A program made the position numbers and the translations under genes. This document shows, in pieces, positions 1-8,420 of a stretch of 14,613 bases of DNA. The notes below the pieces were generated by a model. It was given only the letters and a program-made list of their open reading frames with translations, ran no database searches and had not been told where the DNA came from. The stretch is from Candidatus Velthaea sp. (lineage in GTDB: Bacteria > Vulcanimicrobiota > Vulcanimicrobiia > Vulcanimicrobiales > Vulcanimicrobiaceae): NCBI GenBank assembly GCA_050012475.1, contig JBEKHC010000115.1, positions 1 through 14,613 on the forward strand, in the 5' to 3' direction. The stretch's first letter is position 1. Each line of letters begins with the position of its first letter.

Positions 1-258
1 GGGCGATTTTCCGCAGGCGTCACGAGCGCTTCCCAATCGGTCACGACGGTGGCGTAGGACGCTCGACTAAGGCGCTTCGTGCTGAGCGGTAGCACCGCGC
101 GGCAATGGGTTCCAACGCATCCGCGGCGTTTCTCGGCGTAGAACGAGCGTGTTCGGGACAGCGGCGAGGGTTCGCTGCTCCGCAGATAAGACCGCCGGCC
201 GTCAGCGGTACGAGGGCCGCCTCCGGCGGCCGAAGCGGTGGCCGAACGGGCGTCTGAC

Positions 259-287
259 GTGCAACATCCTGTCACGGTGGGTACGAT
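259..287 (+). promoter_or_regulatory. Candidate sigma70-type promoter for the Mo-enzyme operon
   Basis: GTGCAA (259-264), a 17-nt spacer and TACGAT (282-287), about 50 nt upstream of the TTG start at 340. Pattern match only. Confidence 0.35.
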
Positions 288-339
288 AAATGCGCGCGGT
301 TGATGGTGACGGCGCGCGCTCGCCGGGAGAACAAGTGCC

Positions 340-852
340 TTGCTGCAGACCGTCGGACTCAAACGCGTCGAATCACGTACCGAGGCGCCCGATCAGCCGC
401 TCCGCTTACACGTCAACGGCAACGATTACGACCTCTCGGTCGATCCGCGGACCACGCTGCTCGACGCGCTGCGCGAGCGGCTCGCTCTCACCGGGACCAA
501 AAAGGGTTGTGACCGCGGCGAATGCGGCGCGTGCACCGTCGAGATCAACGGCCGGCGCGTCAACGCCTGCATGACGTTCGCCCTGGCGCACGACGGCGAC
601 GAGATCGTTACCATCGAAGGGCTGGCAGACGGAGATCGCCTGCACGCCGTGCAGGCGGCGTTCATCGAACACGACGCTTTTCAATGCGGCTTTTGCACCG
701 CTGGTCAGATCATGTCGGCCGTCGCGTGCATTCGCGAGGGCCACGCCGGCTCCGATGACGAGGTCCGCGAGTGGATGAGCGGCAATCTGTGCCGCTGCAG
801 CGCTTATCCGCAGATCGTCGCCGCCGTTCGAGCGGCAGCGGAGCTCCGTTAG
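340..852 (+). CDS. yagT: 2Fe-2S subunit of a xanthine dehydrogenase-family aldehyde oxidoreductase (YagT/PaoA-like), 170 aa
   Basis: Motifs GTKKGCDRGECGACTV..NAC and QCGFCTAGQ..GNLCRC indicate two 2Fe-2S clusters. TTG start with GGGAGA at 325-330. No twin-arginine leader is visible. Confidence 0.93.
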   Translation: MLQTVGLKRVESRTEAPDQPLRLHVNGNDYDLSVDPRTTLLDALRERLALTGTKKGCDRGECGACTVEINGRRVNACMTFALAHDGDEIVTIEGLADGDRLHAVQAAFIEHDAFQCGFCTAGQIMSAVACIREGHAGSDDEVREWMSGNLCRCSAYPQIVAAVRAAAELR

Positions 853-1832
853 TGGAGCCGTTCGTGTACCGCCGCGCACCGGACGTTGCGGGAGCGTTAG
901 CGTTGTTCGATCCGCAGTCGGCGTTTCTGGCGGGCGGAACGGAGCTGATCAACTTGCTAAAGGAAGGCATCGCGACGCCCGCAACGGTGATCGACATCAA
1001 CCGTCTGCCGCTTGCGACGCTCGAGTTCGAGCCCGCGCGGCTTCGCATCGGTGCACTGATGCGCATGAGCGACGTTGCCGCCGATGCGCGCGTGCGTGAA
1101 GCGTTTCCCGCGATTTCCGAAGCGCTGGAGTTGAGCGCATCGCCGCAACTGCGGAACATGGCGTCGATGGGCGGGAATCTGCTGCAGCGCACGCGGTGCC
1201 CGTACTTTCGCGCCGACCGCGCCCTGCCGTGCAATAAGCGCGCCTCCGGCACGGGCTGCTCGGCGCTCGCGGAAAACACGCGCGCACATGCGATCTTCGG
1301 CGGAAGCGAGACCTGTGTGGCAACGCATCCGTCGGATGTCGCGGTCGTGCTGTCGGCACTCGATGCCGTCGTGCACGTGACGGGCGTCGAGCGCGAGCGC
1401 GACGTGCCAATCGACGATTTCTACCGGCTGCCCGGCGACCGTCCGCAAGACGACACGACGCTGCAACATGGCGAGCTCATCGAGCACATCGACGTTCCGG
1501 TCAGCGCCGTCGCCCGGCGCTCGCGCTATGTCAAAGTGCGCGAACGCGCCTCGTACGAGTTCGCCCTCGTTTCGGCGGCGGTCGGCGTCGAGTACGACGG
1601 TTCGGCGGCGCGCGACGTTCGCATCGCCCTCGGCGGCGTTGCACCCAAGCCTTGGCGCCTGCGAGCCGCGGAAGAGCGCCTGCGCGGGGAGGCCTTCACG
1701 CTGCGTCATCTCGACATTGCGGTGCGCGATGCATTGCGCGCCGCGCAGCCGCGCTCCGACAACGCTTTCAAAGTCGAACTCGCGGCGCGCGCGATTCGGC
1801 GCGCCTGTGCGTCATTAGGAGTGCCGGGATGA
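852..1832 (+). CDS. yagS: FAD-binding subunit of a xanthine dehydrogenase-family oxidoreductase (YagS/PaoB-like), about 326 aa
   Basis: Motifs FLAGGTELI, ASPQLRNMASMGGNLLQRTRCPYF, HPSD, KVRERASYEFALVS and ALGGVAPKPWR. The GTG at 852 overlaps the upstream TAG (850-852), so it is a better start than the ATG at 771. Four Cys (C..CNK..GC..C) are placed as in the PaoB 4Fe-4S site. Confidence 0.93.
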   Translation: MEPFVYRRAPDVAGALALFDPQSAFLAGGTELINLLKEGIATPATVIDINRLPLATLEFEPARLRIGALMRMSDVAADARVREAFPAISEALELSASPQLRNMASMGGNLLQRTRCPYFRADRALPCNKRASGTGCSALAENTRAHAIFGGSETCVATHPSDVAVVLSALDAVVHVTGVERERDVPIDDFYRLPGDRPQDDTTLQHGELIEHIDVPVSAVARRSRYVKVRERASYEFALVSAAVGVEYDGSAARDVRIALGGVAPKPWRLRAAEERLRGEAFTLRHLDIAVRDALRAAQPRSDNAFKVELAARAIRRACASLGVPG

Positions 1833-3949
1833 CCGCGACGCTCAATCCGCCCTCGAATATCGGCCGCGCACTAGACCGCAAGGACGGTCGCGTGAAAGTC
1901 ACCGGCGCAGCCGACTACACGGCGGACGTGCACGTGCCCAATATGGCTTACGGCGTGTTCGCAACGAGTGCGATCGCGGCCGGACGGCTGCGTTTGCTGG
2001 ACACCACGCTCGCGGAGCGCGCACCCGGCGTCGTGGCGGTCATGACGCACCGCAACGCGCCGCGCACGGGTGCCGTGAGTGCTCCCGCTGCAATGCTGCA
2101 CTTGCCGCTGCAAGACGAGCAGATCTCCTACGAAGGACAACCGATCGCGCTGGTCGTCGCCGACACGCTCGAGCGCGCGACGTATTCCGCAGGGCTCGTG
2201 AACGCCGAGTACGATCTCGAAGCCGGAACCTTCGACCTGCAAACGGACTGGTCGTCGTGCGAGCGAATCGAAAACGGCTACGACGAACCCGATACGCGCA
2301 CCGGTGACCCCGATGCGGCACTTCACGCCGCAGAAATCCGCTTTTGCGCGCGGTACGAAACCACGTATCGCCATCACAACGCGATGGAGCCCTCGGCGAC
2401 CACCGCGGTCTGGGACGGCGACCGGCTTACGCTGTACGACGCAACGCAGCACGTGTGGGGTGTGCAAAGCGTCGTGGCAGCTGCGCTGCAGGTGCCCGCT
2501 GCCAACGTGCGCGTCATCTCGCATTACCTGGGCGGAGGCTTCGGCAGCAAAGGCTACGTCTGGCCGCATCAGATCCTCGTGCCGATGGCGGCGCGCTTCG
2601 CCGGGCGTCCGGTCAAGCTCGTGCTCACGCGCGCGCAAATGTATGCCGCCTGCGGCTACCAGACGGCTACGATTCAGGACGTCGCGATCGGCATGGAGCG
2701 CAACGGCACGCTGCGGGCGATCACGCACGACGTCGTCTACGCCAACGCCCAGCGTGAAGAGTTTCCGGAGTACGCCGCGGTGAACACGCGCGTGCTGTAC
2801 GCCTGCCCGAATATCGCAACGACGCATCGCGTCCTGAAAGTCAATCTCATTCAGCCGACCGCAATGCGCGCGCCGAACGAAGGTATGGGCAGTTTCGGAC
2901 TGGAGTCGGCGCTCGACGAGCTTGCGTGGCAAACGGGAATCGATCCGCTCGAACTCCGGCTGCGCAACTACGCGGAGCACGATCCACTCACGGGCCGGCC
3001 GTTTTCATCGAAGAAGTTGCGGGAAGCCTATGCACTGGGTGCCGAGAAGTTCGGCTGGTCGCGCGCGGCCCGACACGTCGGCGAACGGCGCGACGGCGAC
3101 GAGCTCATCGGACACGGCATGGCCACGTGCCTCATGTCGACGTACCGGATGCCGTCGACAGCCCGGCTGCGCATGCGCCCCGACGGTTCGGTCGTGGTCG
3201 AAGCCGGCTCGCAAGAAATCGGAACGGGCGTACGCACGATCATGCCCCAGATCGCCGCCGACGTGCTGGGCGTCGATCCCGCTGCGGTAACGATGGTCTT
3301 GGGCGATACGGATTTGCCCGTCGCAGGTCCGACGTACGGATCATCGAGCACGATGGGTTTGGGTTCGGCGGTTGCGGATGCTGCGCTCAAGCTCAAAGCG
3401 CGGCTCGCCGAACTTGGGCGCGACGGCGAACCATACACCGAGACGATGGCTCGTGTCGCGGCCGACGTCGTAGCCGAAGGCGCGTGGGAACCCGCCGAAA
3501 ACGGCTATGCGATGTTCACCTTCGGCGCTGTGTTCGTTGAAGTGCGCGTCGACCGCGCGCTAGGGCTGGTCCACGCGAAGCGCTGCGTCGGAGCCTACAG
3601 CGTGGGCCGCGTGATCAACCGCAAGACGGCGACGAGGCAGATGACGGGCGGGCTGATTTGGGGCTTGGGGCAGGCGTTGCTCGAACGTTCCGACGTCGAT
3701 GCACGACTCGGCAGGTTCGTCTCGAAAAATCTCTCGGGTTATCTCGTGCCGGTCAACGCCGACGTGGGAATGCTTGAAGCGCACTTCGTCGACGAATACG
3801 ACGACCACGCCAGTGCCATCGGTGCGAAAGGGATCGGCGAACTGGGGGCGACCGGCGTCGCCGCCGCCGTCGCAAATGCGGTCTACCACGCGACCGGGAA
3901 GCGCCTGCGCTCGCTGCCGATTCGGCCCGAGATGCTCATCGACGCCTGA
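1829..3949 (+). CDS. yagR: Molybdopterin-binding large subunit of a xanthine dehydrogenase-family oxidoreductase (YagR/PaoC-like), about 706 aa
   Basis: Motifs KVTGAADY, HNAMEP, GGGFGSKG, AMRAP, QEIGTG and GAKGIGELG (catalytic Glu motif). The ATG at 1829 has an ATGA overlap with yagS and AGGAG at 1817-1821. Confidence 0.94.
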   Translation: MTATLNPPSNIGRALDRKDGRVKVTGAADYTADVHVPNMAYGVFATSAIAAGRLRLLDTTLAERAPGVVAVMTHRNAPRTGAVSAPAAMLHLPLQDEQISYEGQPIALVVADTLERATYSAGLVNAEYDLEAGTFDLQTDWSSCERIENGYDEPDTRTGDPDAALHAAEIRFCARYETTYRHHNAMEPSATTAVWDGDRLTLYDATQHVWGVQSVVAAALQVPAANVRVISHYLGGGFGSKGYVWPHQILVPMAARFAGRPVKLVLTRAQMYAACGYQTATIQDVAIGMERNGTLRAITHDVVYANAQREEFPEYAAVNTRVLYACPNIATTHRVLKVNLIQPTAMRAPNEGMGSFGLESALDELAWQTGIDPLELRLRNYAEHDPLTGRPFSSKKLREAYALGAEKFGWSRAARHVGERRDGDELIGHGMATCLMSTYRMPSTARLRMRPDGSVVVEAGSQEIGTGVRTIMPQIAADVLGVDPAAVTMVLGDTDLPVAGPTYGSSSTMGLGSAVADAALKLKARLAELGRDGEPYTETMARVAADVVAEGAWEPAENGYAMFTFGAVFVEVRVDRALGLVHAKRCVGAYSVGRVINRKTATRQMTGGLIWGLGQALLERSDVDARLGRFVSKNLSGYLVPVNADVGMLEAHFVDEYDDHASAIGAKGIGELGATGVAAAVANAVYHATGKRLRSLPIRPEMLIDA

Positions 3950-4161
3950 AGGCGACGCGCGCAGGCGATGCAGCGATTTGCTACTGTCCGACCAGAGCCC
4001 GAAATGGGCGGGATACCGATCGCCGTGCATCGGATTCGCCGTTACAGCGCTCTCGATGTCTGCAGGCCGGTGCGCCCGCGACTGGACGAACTCAAATCGC
4101 GGTAACTCGTTTCCGTCCCGAGTCGTGCGAACGAGAGGGTTGCTGCAGTATTGTGCGCCAT

Positions 4162-4183
4162 GCGAACACCGCGAACACCGCGA
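4162..4183. repeat. Short tandem repeat (GCGAACACC, about 2.4 copies)
   Basis: GCGAACACC-GCGAACACC-GCGA read directly, in the spacer between convergent genes. Confidence 0.6.
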
Positions 4184-4228
4184 GAAATGCTTGCCGTTGG
4201 CCCCGCGTGCCGAACATTCCACGATCGT

Positions 4229-5161
4229 CTAATACTTGTCCGTGGCGGGCCGGTCGAAGTAGTGGCCTTTGTCGAGGTCTTCGATCAGCCCGGGATGCGT
4301 GGGCTGCCACTTCATGCGTTCGCGTGTCTGCGCGCTCGACGCCGGGCTGTTCATTGCGAGAAAGCCCGCCAGCCATGAAAAATGTGCGGCCGCATCGTCG
4401 GGTGAGACCGAGGTAACGGGGATGTTCAGCCGGCGGCCGACCACCCCGGCGATTTCGCGCAACGGCACGCCTTCATCGGCGACGGCGTGCAAAACCGAAC
4501 CGGCCGGCGCGTTCTCCAGTGCCAGGCGAAAAAGGCGGGCGGCATCCATCACATGCACCGCGGGCCACTCGTTGGTGCCGTCGCCGATGTAGCCGGAGAC
4601 GCCCTTGTCACGCGCGATGCCGATGATGCGCGCCATGAAGCCGTAGTCGCCTTCGCCGTGCACCGTCGGCGAGAGGCGGACGACGACGGAGCGGATGCCG
4701 CGCGACGCGAGGAACGCCGTGAATTTCGCGTTCTCCGCACGCTTAGCCGGACCGTCGGGCAGGTGCGCGACGTCCGGTTCATCTTTTTCCGTTGCGACGC
4801 GTCCCGGCGCCACACCGAGCGTGCCGGCAGCAATAACCAACGGACGATCGGTGCCGGCGAGCGCTTCGGCGATGGTTTCGATGACGCGGCGATCCGCGTC
4901 GGCCGCGCCCCCGAAGTCGCCCGAGAACGCTTTGCCGTGATCGAAGGCAAGATGGATGACGCCGTCCGACGCGGCGGCCGCGCTCCGCACGACGTCGAGG
5001 TCGTCGAGCGAACCGCGATGGACCTCGACGCCGGCTGACGTGAGGGCGGCGGCCGATGCATCCGAGCGCGCGAGGCCGCTTACCTGATGACCGGCGCGCA
5101 TGAGCTCGGGAACGACGTGGGAACCAATCCAACCGGACGCACCGGTAACGAAGACGCGCAT
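4229..5161 (-). CDS. Extended/atypical SDR, NAD-dependent epimerase/dehydratase family, about 310 aa
   Basis: MRVFVTGASGWIGSHV Rossmann motif, DGVIHLAF and WPAVHVMDAARLF. The ATG at 5161 is preceded by AGGAG on the minus strand, so it is preferred over 5215. Confidence 0.9.
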   Translation of the reverse strand: MRVFVTGASGWIGSHVVPELMRAGHQVSGLARSDASAAALTSAGVEVHRGSLDDLDVVRSAAAASDGVIHLAFDHGKAFSGDFGGAADADRRVIETIAEALAGTDRPLVIAAGTLGVAPGRVATEKDEPDVAHLPDGPAKRAENAKFTAFLASRGIRSVVVRLSPTVHGEGDYGFMARIIGIARDKGVSGYIGDGTNEWPAVHVMDAARLFRLALENAPAGSVLHAVADEGVPLREIAGVVGRRLNIPVTSVSPDDAAAHFSWLAGFLAMNSPASSAQTRERMKWQPTHPGLIEDLDKGHYFDRPATDKY

Positions 5162-5175
5162 TTGGGATACTCCTA

Positions 5176-5227
5176 TGATGTCAGTAACTGACATGAAGCA
5201 TACCACTGATGTCAACCACTGCCATCA
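5176..5227. promoter_or_regulatory. Two 21-bp palindromic operators (probable TetR sites) between divergent genes
   Basis: TGATGTCAG-TAA-CTGACATGA (5176-5196) and TGATGTCAA-CCA-CTGCCATCA (5207-5227). A minus-strand extended -10 (TGGTATGCT, 5205-5197) lies between them, and a plus-strand TATACT sits at 5230-5235. Confidence 0.75.
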
Positions 5228-5242
5228 TGTATACTGGAATTC

Positions 5243-5809
5243 ATGGGCAGATGGCAACCGGAGGCTCGCACCCGGCTCGAGCGCGCGGCAATGGAGCTCT
5301 TCGGCGAGCGCGGGTTCGAGCAAACGACGGTCGCAGAGATCGCCGCCCGGGCCGGCCTCACGGAGCGTACGTTTTTCCGGCACTATGCAGACAAACGTGA
5401 GGTGCTGTTCGGAGGCAGCTCCGGGTTCTCTCGGCTGCTCGTGCAAAGTGTCGCCGAAGCGCCCGCCGGCGCGACGCCGATCGACACGATCGCCGCGGCT
5501 CTGGCGAGGGCCGGCGAACTGTTCGCAGAACGGTTGGGCCACGCGCGGCAGCGCCAGCGCATCATCGACGCGCACGCGGATCTGCAAGAGCGAGAGTTAA
5601 TCAAGCTCGCGTCGCTTGCAGCGTCGCTTGCGGGAGCATTGCGCCAACGCGGTGTCGGCGATACGGCGGCGCGTTTGGCCGCCGAAGCCGGGGTTGCCGT
5701 GTTCAAGATTGCATTCGATCGGTGGATCGAGGAGCACAACGCGGCGCCGTTGTCGGACATCATTCGTGAGTCACTCGCCGAATTGAAGGCGGTAACGGCC
5801 GGCAACTAA
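5243..5809 (+). CDS. TetR/AcrR family transcriptional regulator, 188 aa
   Basis: N-terminal HTH: AAMELFGERGFEQTTVAEIAARAGLTERTFFRHYADKREVLF. Divergent from the SDR gene. Confidence 0.93.
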   Translation: MGRWQPEARTRLERAAMELFGERGFEQTTVAEIAARAGLTERTFFRHYADKREVLFGGSSGFSRLLVQSVAEAPAGATPIDTIAAALARAGELFAERLGHARQRQRIIDAHADLQERELIKLASLAASLAGALRQRGVGDTAARLAAEAGVAVFKIAFDRWIEEHNAAPLSDIIRESLAELKAVTAGN

Positions 5810-5811
5810 CG

Positions 5812-6084
5812 TCTTTTCAAGTCTACACCGACGACCAAGCTGAAACCGACCGCTATTGGCGCGCGATCGTCGACGATGGCGGTTCGGAAAGCGACTGTGG
5901 CTGGTGCAAGGACCGGTTCGGTCTTTCCTGGCAAATCGTTCCGCGTACGCTAATGGACGCGGTGAAAAGCTCGGACCGCGCAGCCAGCAAGCGCGCGATG
6001 GAGGCGATGATGCAGATGAAGAAAATCGACATCGCGGCGATCGAAGCAGCGATAAAGGGCACTCCGGTCGGTGGGCAGCGCTAG
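5812..6084 (+). pseudogene. 5'-truncated VOC/PhnB-like gene (3-demethylubiquinone-9 3-methyltransferase-type family), C-terminal half only
   Basis: Manual translation gives SFQVYTDDQAETDRYWRAIVDDGGSESDCGWCKDRFGLSWQIVPRTLMDAVKSSDRAASKRAMEAMMQMKKIDIAAIEAAIKGTPVGGQR*. CGWxKDRFGLSWQI and AMMxMKKIDIA are family hallmarks. The frame is closed upstream by TGA at 5767-5769, with no start codon before the conserved part. Confidence 0.85.
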
Positions 6085-6138
6085 ATACTTCGTTGCGTCC
6101 GCCTGGCCGCCCGAAAGGGCTCGGGGCGCAATGTTATC
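6084..6138 (+). terminator. Long stem-loop with a GAAA tetraloop, possible terminator or structured 3' element
   Basis: CGTTGCGTCC (6091-6100) pairs with GGGCGCAATG (6124-6133) using two G-U pairs. The inner hairpin is GCCC-GAAA-GGGC (6109-6120), with an outer GATA/TATC pairing. There is no clear U-tract. Confidence 0.45.
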
Positions 6139-6239
6139 GCGGCCGACGACGGCATGGCGATCGGTCACGTCAGCATCCGGTAACGTTTGATTACCGCGTC
6201 GAGCGACAGGACTGACGTGCATAGGCAGATCGGCAACAG

Positions 6240-7934
6240 TTAAGTGGGACTGATAAGGACTTCAATGAGGTTCGGAACGCCGCTGGCGATGGCGGCTTCA
6301 ATTGCCGGGGCAACATCCGAGGCCCGCTCTATCCGCTGGGCCGCAACGCCCATCGACGTTGCAAGTGCAACAAAGTCGATTGCCGGATTTTCAAGGTCCA
6401 TGGCCAGAAAGCGGTTCTGCCGGCTAGAAGCGTAACCCGTCTGCGATCTCATGAAATTTTTCAAGACATTGTACTCACGGTTGTTCATGACGACGAACGT
6501 CACCGGCAACTGCTCGTGCGCCGCCGTCCAGAGCGCCTGAGGAGAATACATCGCGGCACCGTCGCCGATGAGACAGACCACGGGTTCGCGGCCGATCCCG
6601 AGCGAACAGCCCACTGCCGCAGGCATTGCCCACCCGAGTCCCCCTCCGCGTAAGAACGAGTACTGACTGGGCGAATCACTCCGCAGAAACGCACGAACAT
6701 GGCTCGAGGTCGCGATTGCCTCATCGACGATTGGGGTGTTGGGGCCGATCGCGCGGACAGCCTCGCGCGCAGCAACGAGCGGAGTCATCCGTGAGGCGCT
6801 CATCTGCTCGTCAGCGAGGAGGTCGAGCGCATCTCGCTTGGCGGCGCGGTCGTTCGCGGCGGCTTCAATACGTGTCCTGGAGATAGTACTCTGTTGCGCG
6901 GTGAGCGTCCGCAGTTGCGGAAGTAGTACATTGAGGGATGCCTTGATGTCGCCAAGCACCGACAGTTTGGTCATATACGTGCGGCCAAGATCCCGCACGT
7001 CGGTAGAAAGCTGGAAAACGTCGCAGCTTTCCGGGACGGCGGAACCCTCCGTGTAAAGAATCGTAATGAGCGACTTTCCGCCCAGGGCGAAAATCGCATC
7101 GTAGTCTGCGAGGATCTCGGCAATGGCCTGCGCCCTCGTCGGAAGATTTCCGGCCCAAAGCGGGTGAGAGGTCGGAACCGGGATGCGCGACGGCCAGGAC
7201 GAGCCATAAACCGGTGCTCCCAAAACTTCCGCCAACGCCATGGTCTCAGCAGAGGCACCGCTTGCATAGACTTCGTCACCGGCGATGACGGCCACTCGTC
7301 CCGGAACGATCTCCGCCAGTTGCTTCGCCAATTCCGAAAGCGAACCCGCGACGGCACGGCGGTCGATCACCGACCGTTCAGAAATTCCGATGCTGCTCAC
7401 TTCCTCCATCACATCCATTGGCAGCGAGAGGAAAACCGGCCCGGACGGGGCGGCTTCGGCATCGCGAAAAGCGCGACGCACCAAGACCGGAAGCTGCTCG
7501 GCTGTCACCACCTCGCGCGCCCACTTCACCGCAGGCTCAGCGATCCGCACCAGATCACCGAACAAGAGCGGGTCGGTCACCGTGTGACGCGAATCTTGTT
7601 GTCCGGCGGTAACGACTAATGGCGTCTGCGAAGCGCTGGCATTCAAGAGATTCCCCATGCCGTGCCCTAACCCGCCAGCGGTATGAAGATTAAGGAACGC
7701 AGACCGCCGGGCGGCCTGGGCGTAGCCATCGGCCATGGCAACTGCCGATGCCTCTTGCAGCGCCAGAATATATTTAATCTGGGGCGTCGTCAGGAGCGCG
7801 TCTATGAGCGGAAGCTCGGTTGTGCCGGGATTCCCGAAAATGTATTCGACACCCTCGCTGACGAGGATTTCCAAGAGAATGTCGGCGCCGCGCCTGGCAT
7901 TGAGTTTTTCGACACTCGAAAATAGCCGTTTCAT
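6240..7934 (-). CDS. ThDP-dependent enzyme, benzoylformate decarboxylase (MdlC)-like, 564 aa
   Basis: Motifs IFGNPGTTELP, LQEASAVAMADGYA, NLHTAGGLG, TAGQQ, GGGLGWAMPAAVG and the ThDP/Mg motif GDGAAMYSPQALWTAA..NNREY. Substrate not established. Confidence 0.88.
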   Translation of the reverse strand: MKRLFSSVEKLNARRGADILLEILVSEGVEYIFGNPGTTELPLIDALLTTPQIKYILALQEASAVAMADGYAQAARRSAFLNLHTAGGLGHGMGNLLNASASQTPLVVTAGQQDSRHTVTDPLLFGDLVRIAEPAVKWAREVVTAEQLPVLVRRAFRDAEAAPSGPVFLSLPMDVMEEVSSIGISERSVIDRRAVAGSLSELAKQLAEIVPGRVAVIAGDEVYASGASAETMALAEVLGAPVYGSSWPSRIPVPTSHPLWAGNLPTRAQAIAEILADYDAIFALGGKSLITILYTEGSAVPESCDVFQLSTDVRDLGRTYMTKLSVLGDIKASLNVLLPQLRTLTAQQSTISRTRIEAAANDRAAKRDALDLLADEQMSASRMTPLVAAREAVRAIGPNTPIVDEAIATSSHVRAFLRSDSPSQYSFLRGGGLGWAMPAAVGCSLGIGREPVVCLIGDGAAMYSPQALWTAAHEQLPVTFVVMNNREYNVLKNFMRSQTGYASSRQNRFLAMDLENPAIDFVALATSMGVAAQRIERASDVAPAIEAAIASGVPNLIEVLISPT

Positions 7935-8420
7935 CTCGCCTTCTTCTCATGGACTCGCGTCGTCTGCGCACATGTGCCCTTAGCCGAAATCTCGGTTTCG
8001 CCCAGTCGCGCGCCGATCGGCGATGATGCGTGCGGGTTCTCGCGGATAGACGACTAGCGCGGCCCCGAGCGAGACCAATAGTAATGGCATAACAAATGCC
8101 TCCGCAATCCTCGTCAACGCCGTTTGTCCGGTCCATTCGCACGTAAATATTCGAGCACTGCCATAAGGCGTTCTTCCAAATGCGACGCATATCGCTGCTA
8201 AAACGCCGATCTGGCCGTACCCCGGGGCTCGCAGCCGTCCTGGACTTCGTACGGCGAGCGCTGAGCGAGCGCGCAGAACGATGTTGATAGCGACGATCCG
8301 TCGAACGCTGAAGCAGGTTAGCCTTCTCTCGTCTGAGCTCAGCGCAGGCGTGGTCCGCTGTAAGGGCGGCGCGCACAACGTCGACAGCGAAGCTCGCTGC
8401 CGAAATCGAATGCGAGCGGC

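Noticed and set aside
1..250. Partial gene at the left edge
   Set aside because: Open frames exist on the minus strand but show no recognisable motif or supported start.
771..851. N-terminal extensions in the ORF track (yagS from 771, yagR from 1652, SDR from 5215, fusion from 10431, aqpS from 11365, tupB from 13679)
   Set aside because: They overlap neighbouring genes or operators. Family similarity begins at downstream starts that have an SD or stop/start coupling.
1871..2980. Long antisense and alternate-frame ORFs (for example 1871-2980, 957-1709, 7980-8942, 10190-10954, 10722-11477)
   Set aside because: These are shadows of GC-rich genes with few stop codons and no recognisable motifs.
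3968..4105. 45-aa ORF just after yagR
   Set aside because: Weak SD, no recognisable motif, and no resemblance to XdhC/PaoD or to the missing VOC N-terminus.
4162..4183. Short repeats as a CRISPR array
   Set aside because: The units are 9 bp with no spacers, and there are no cas genes.
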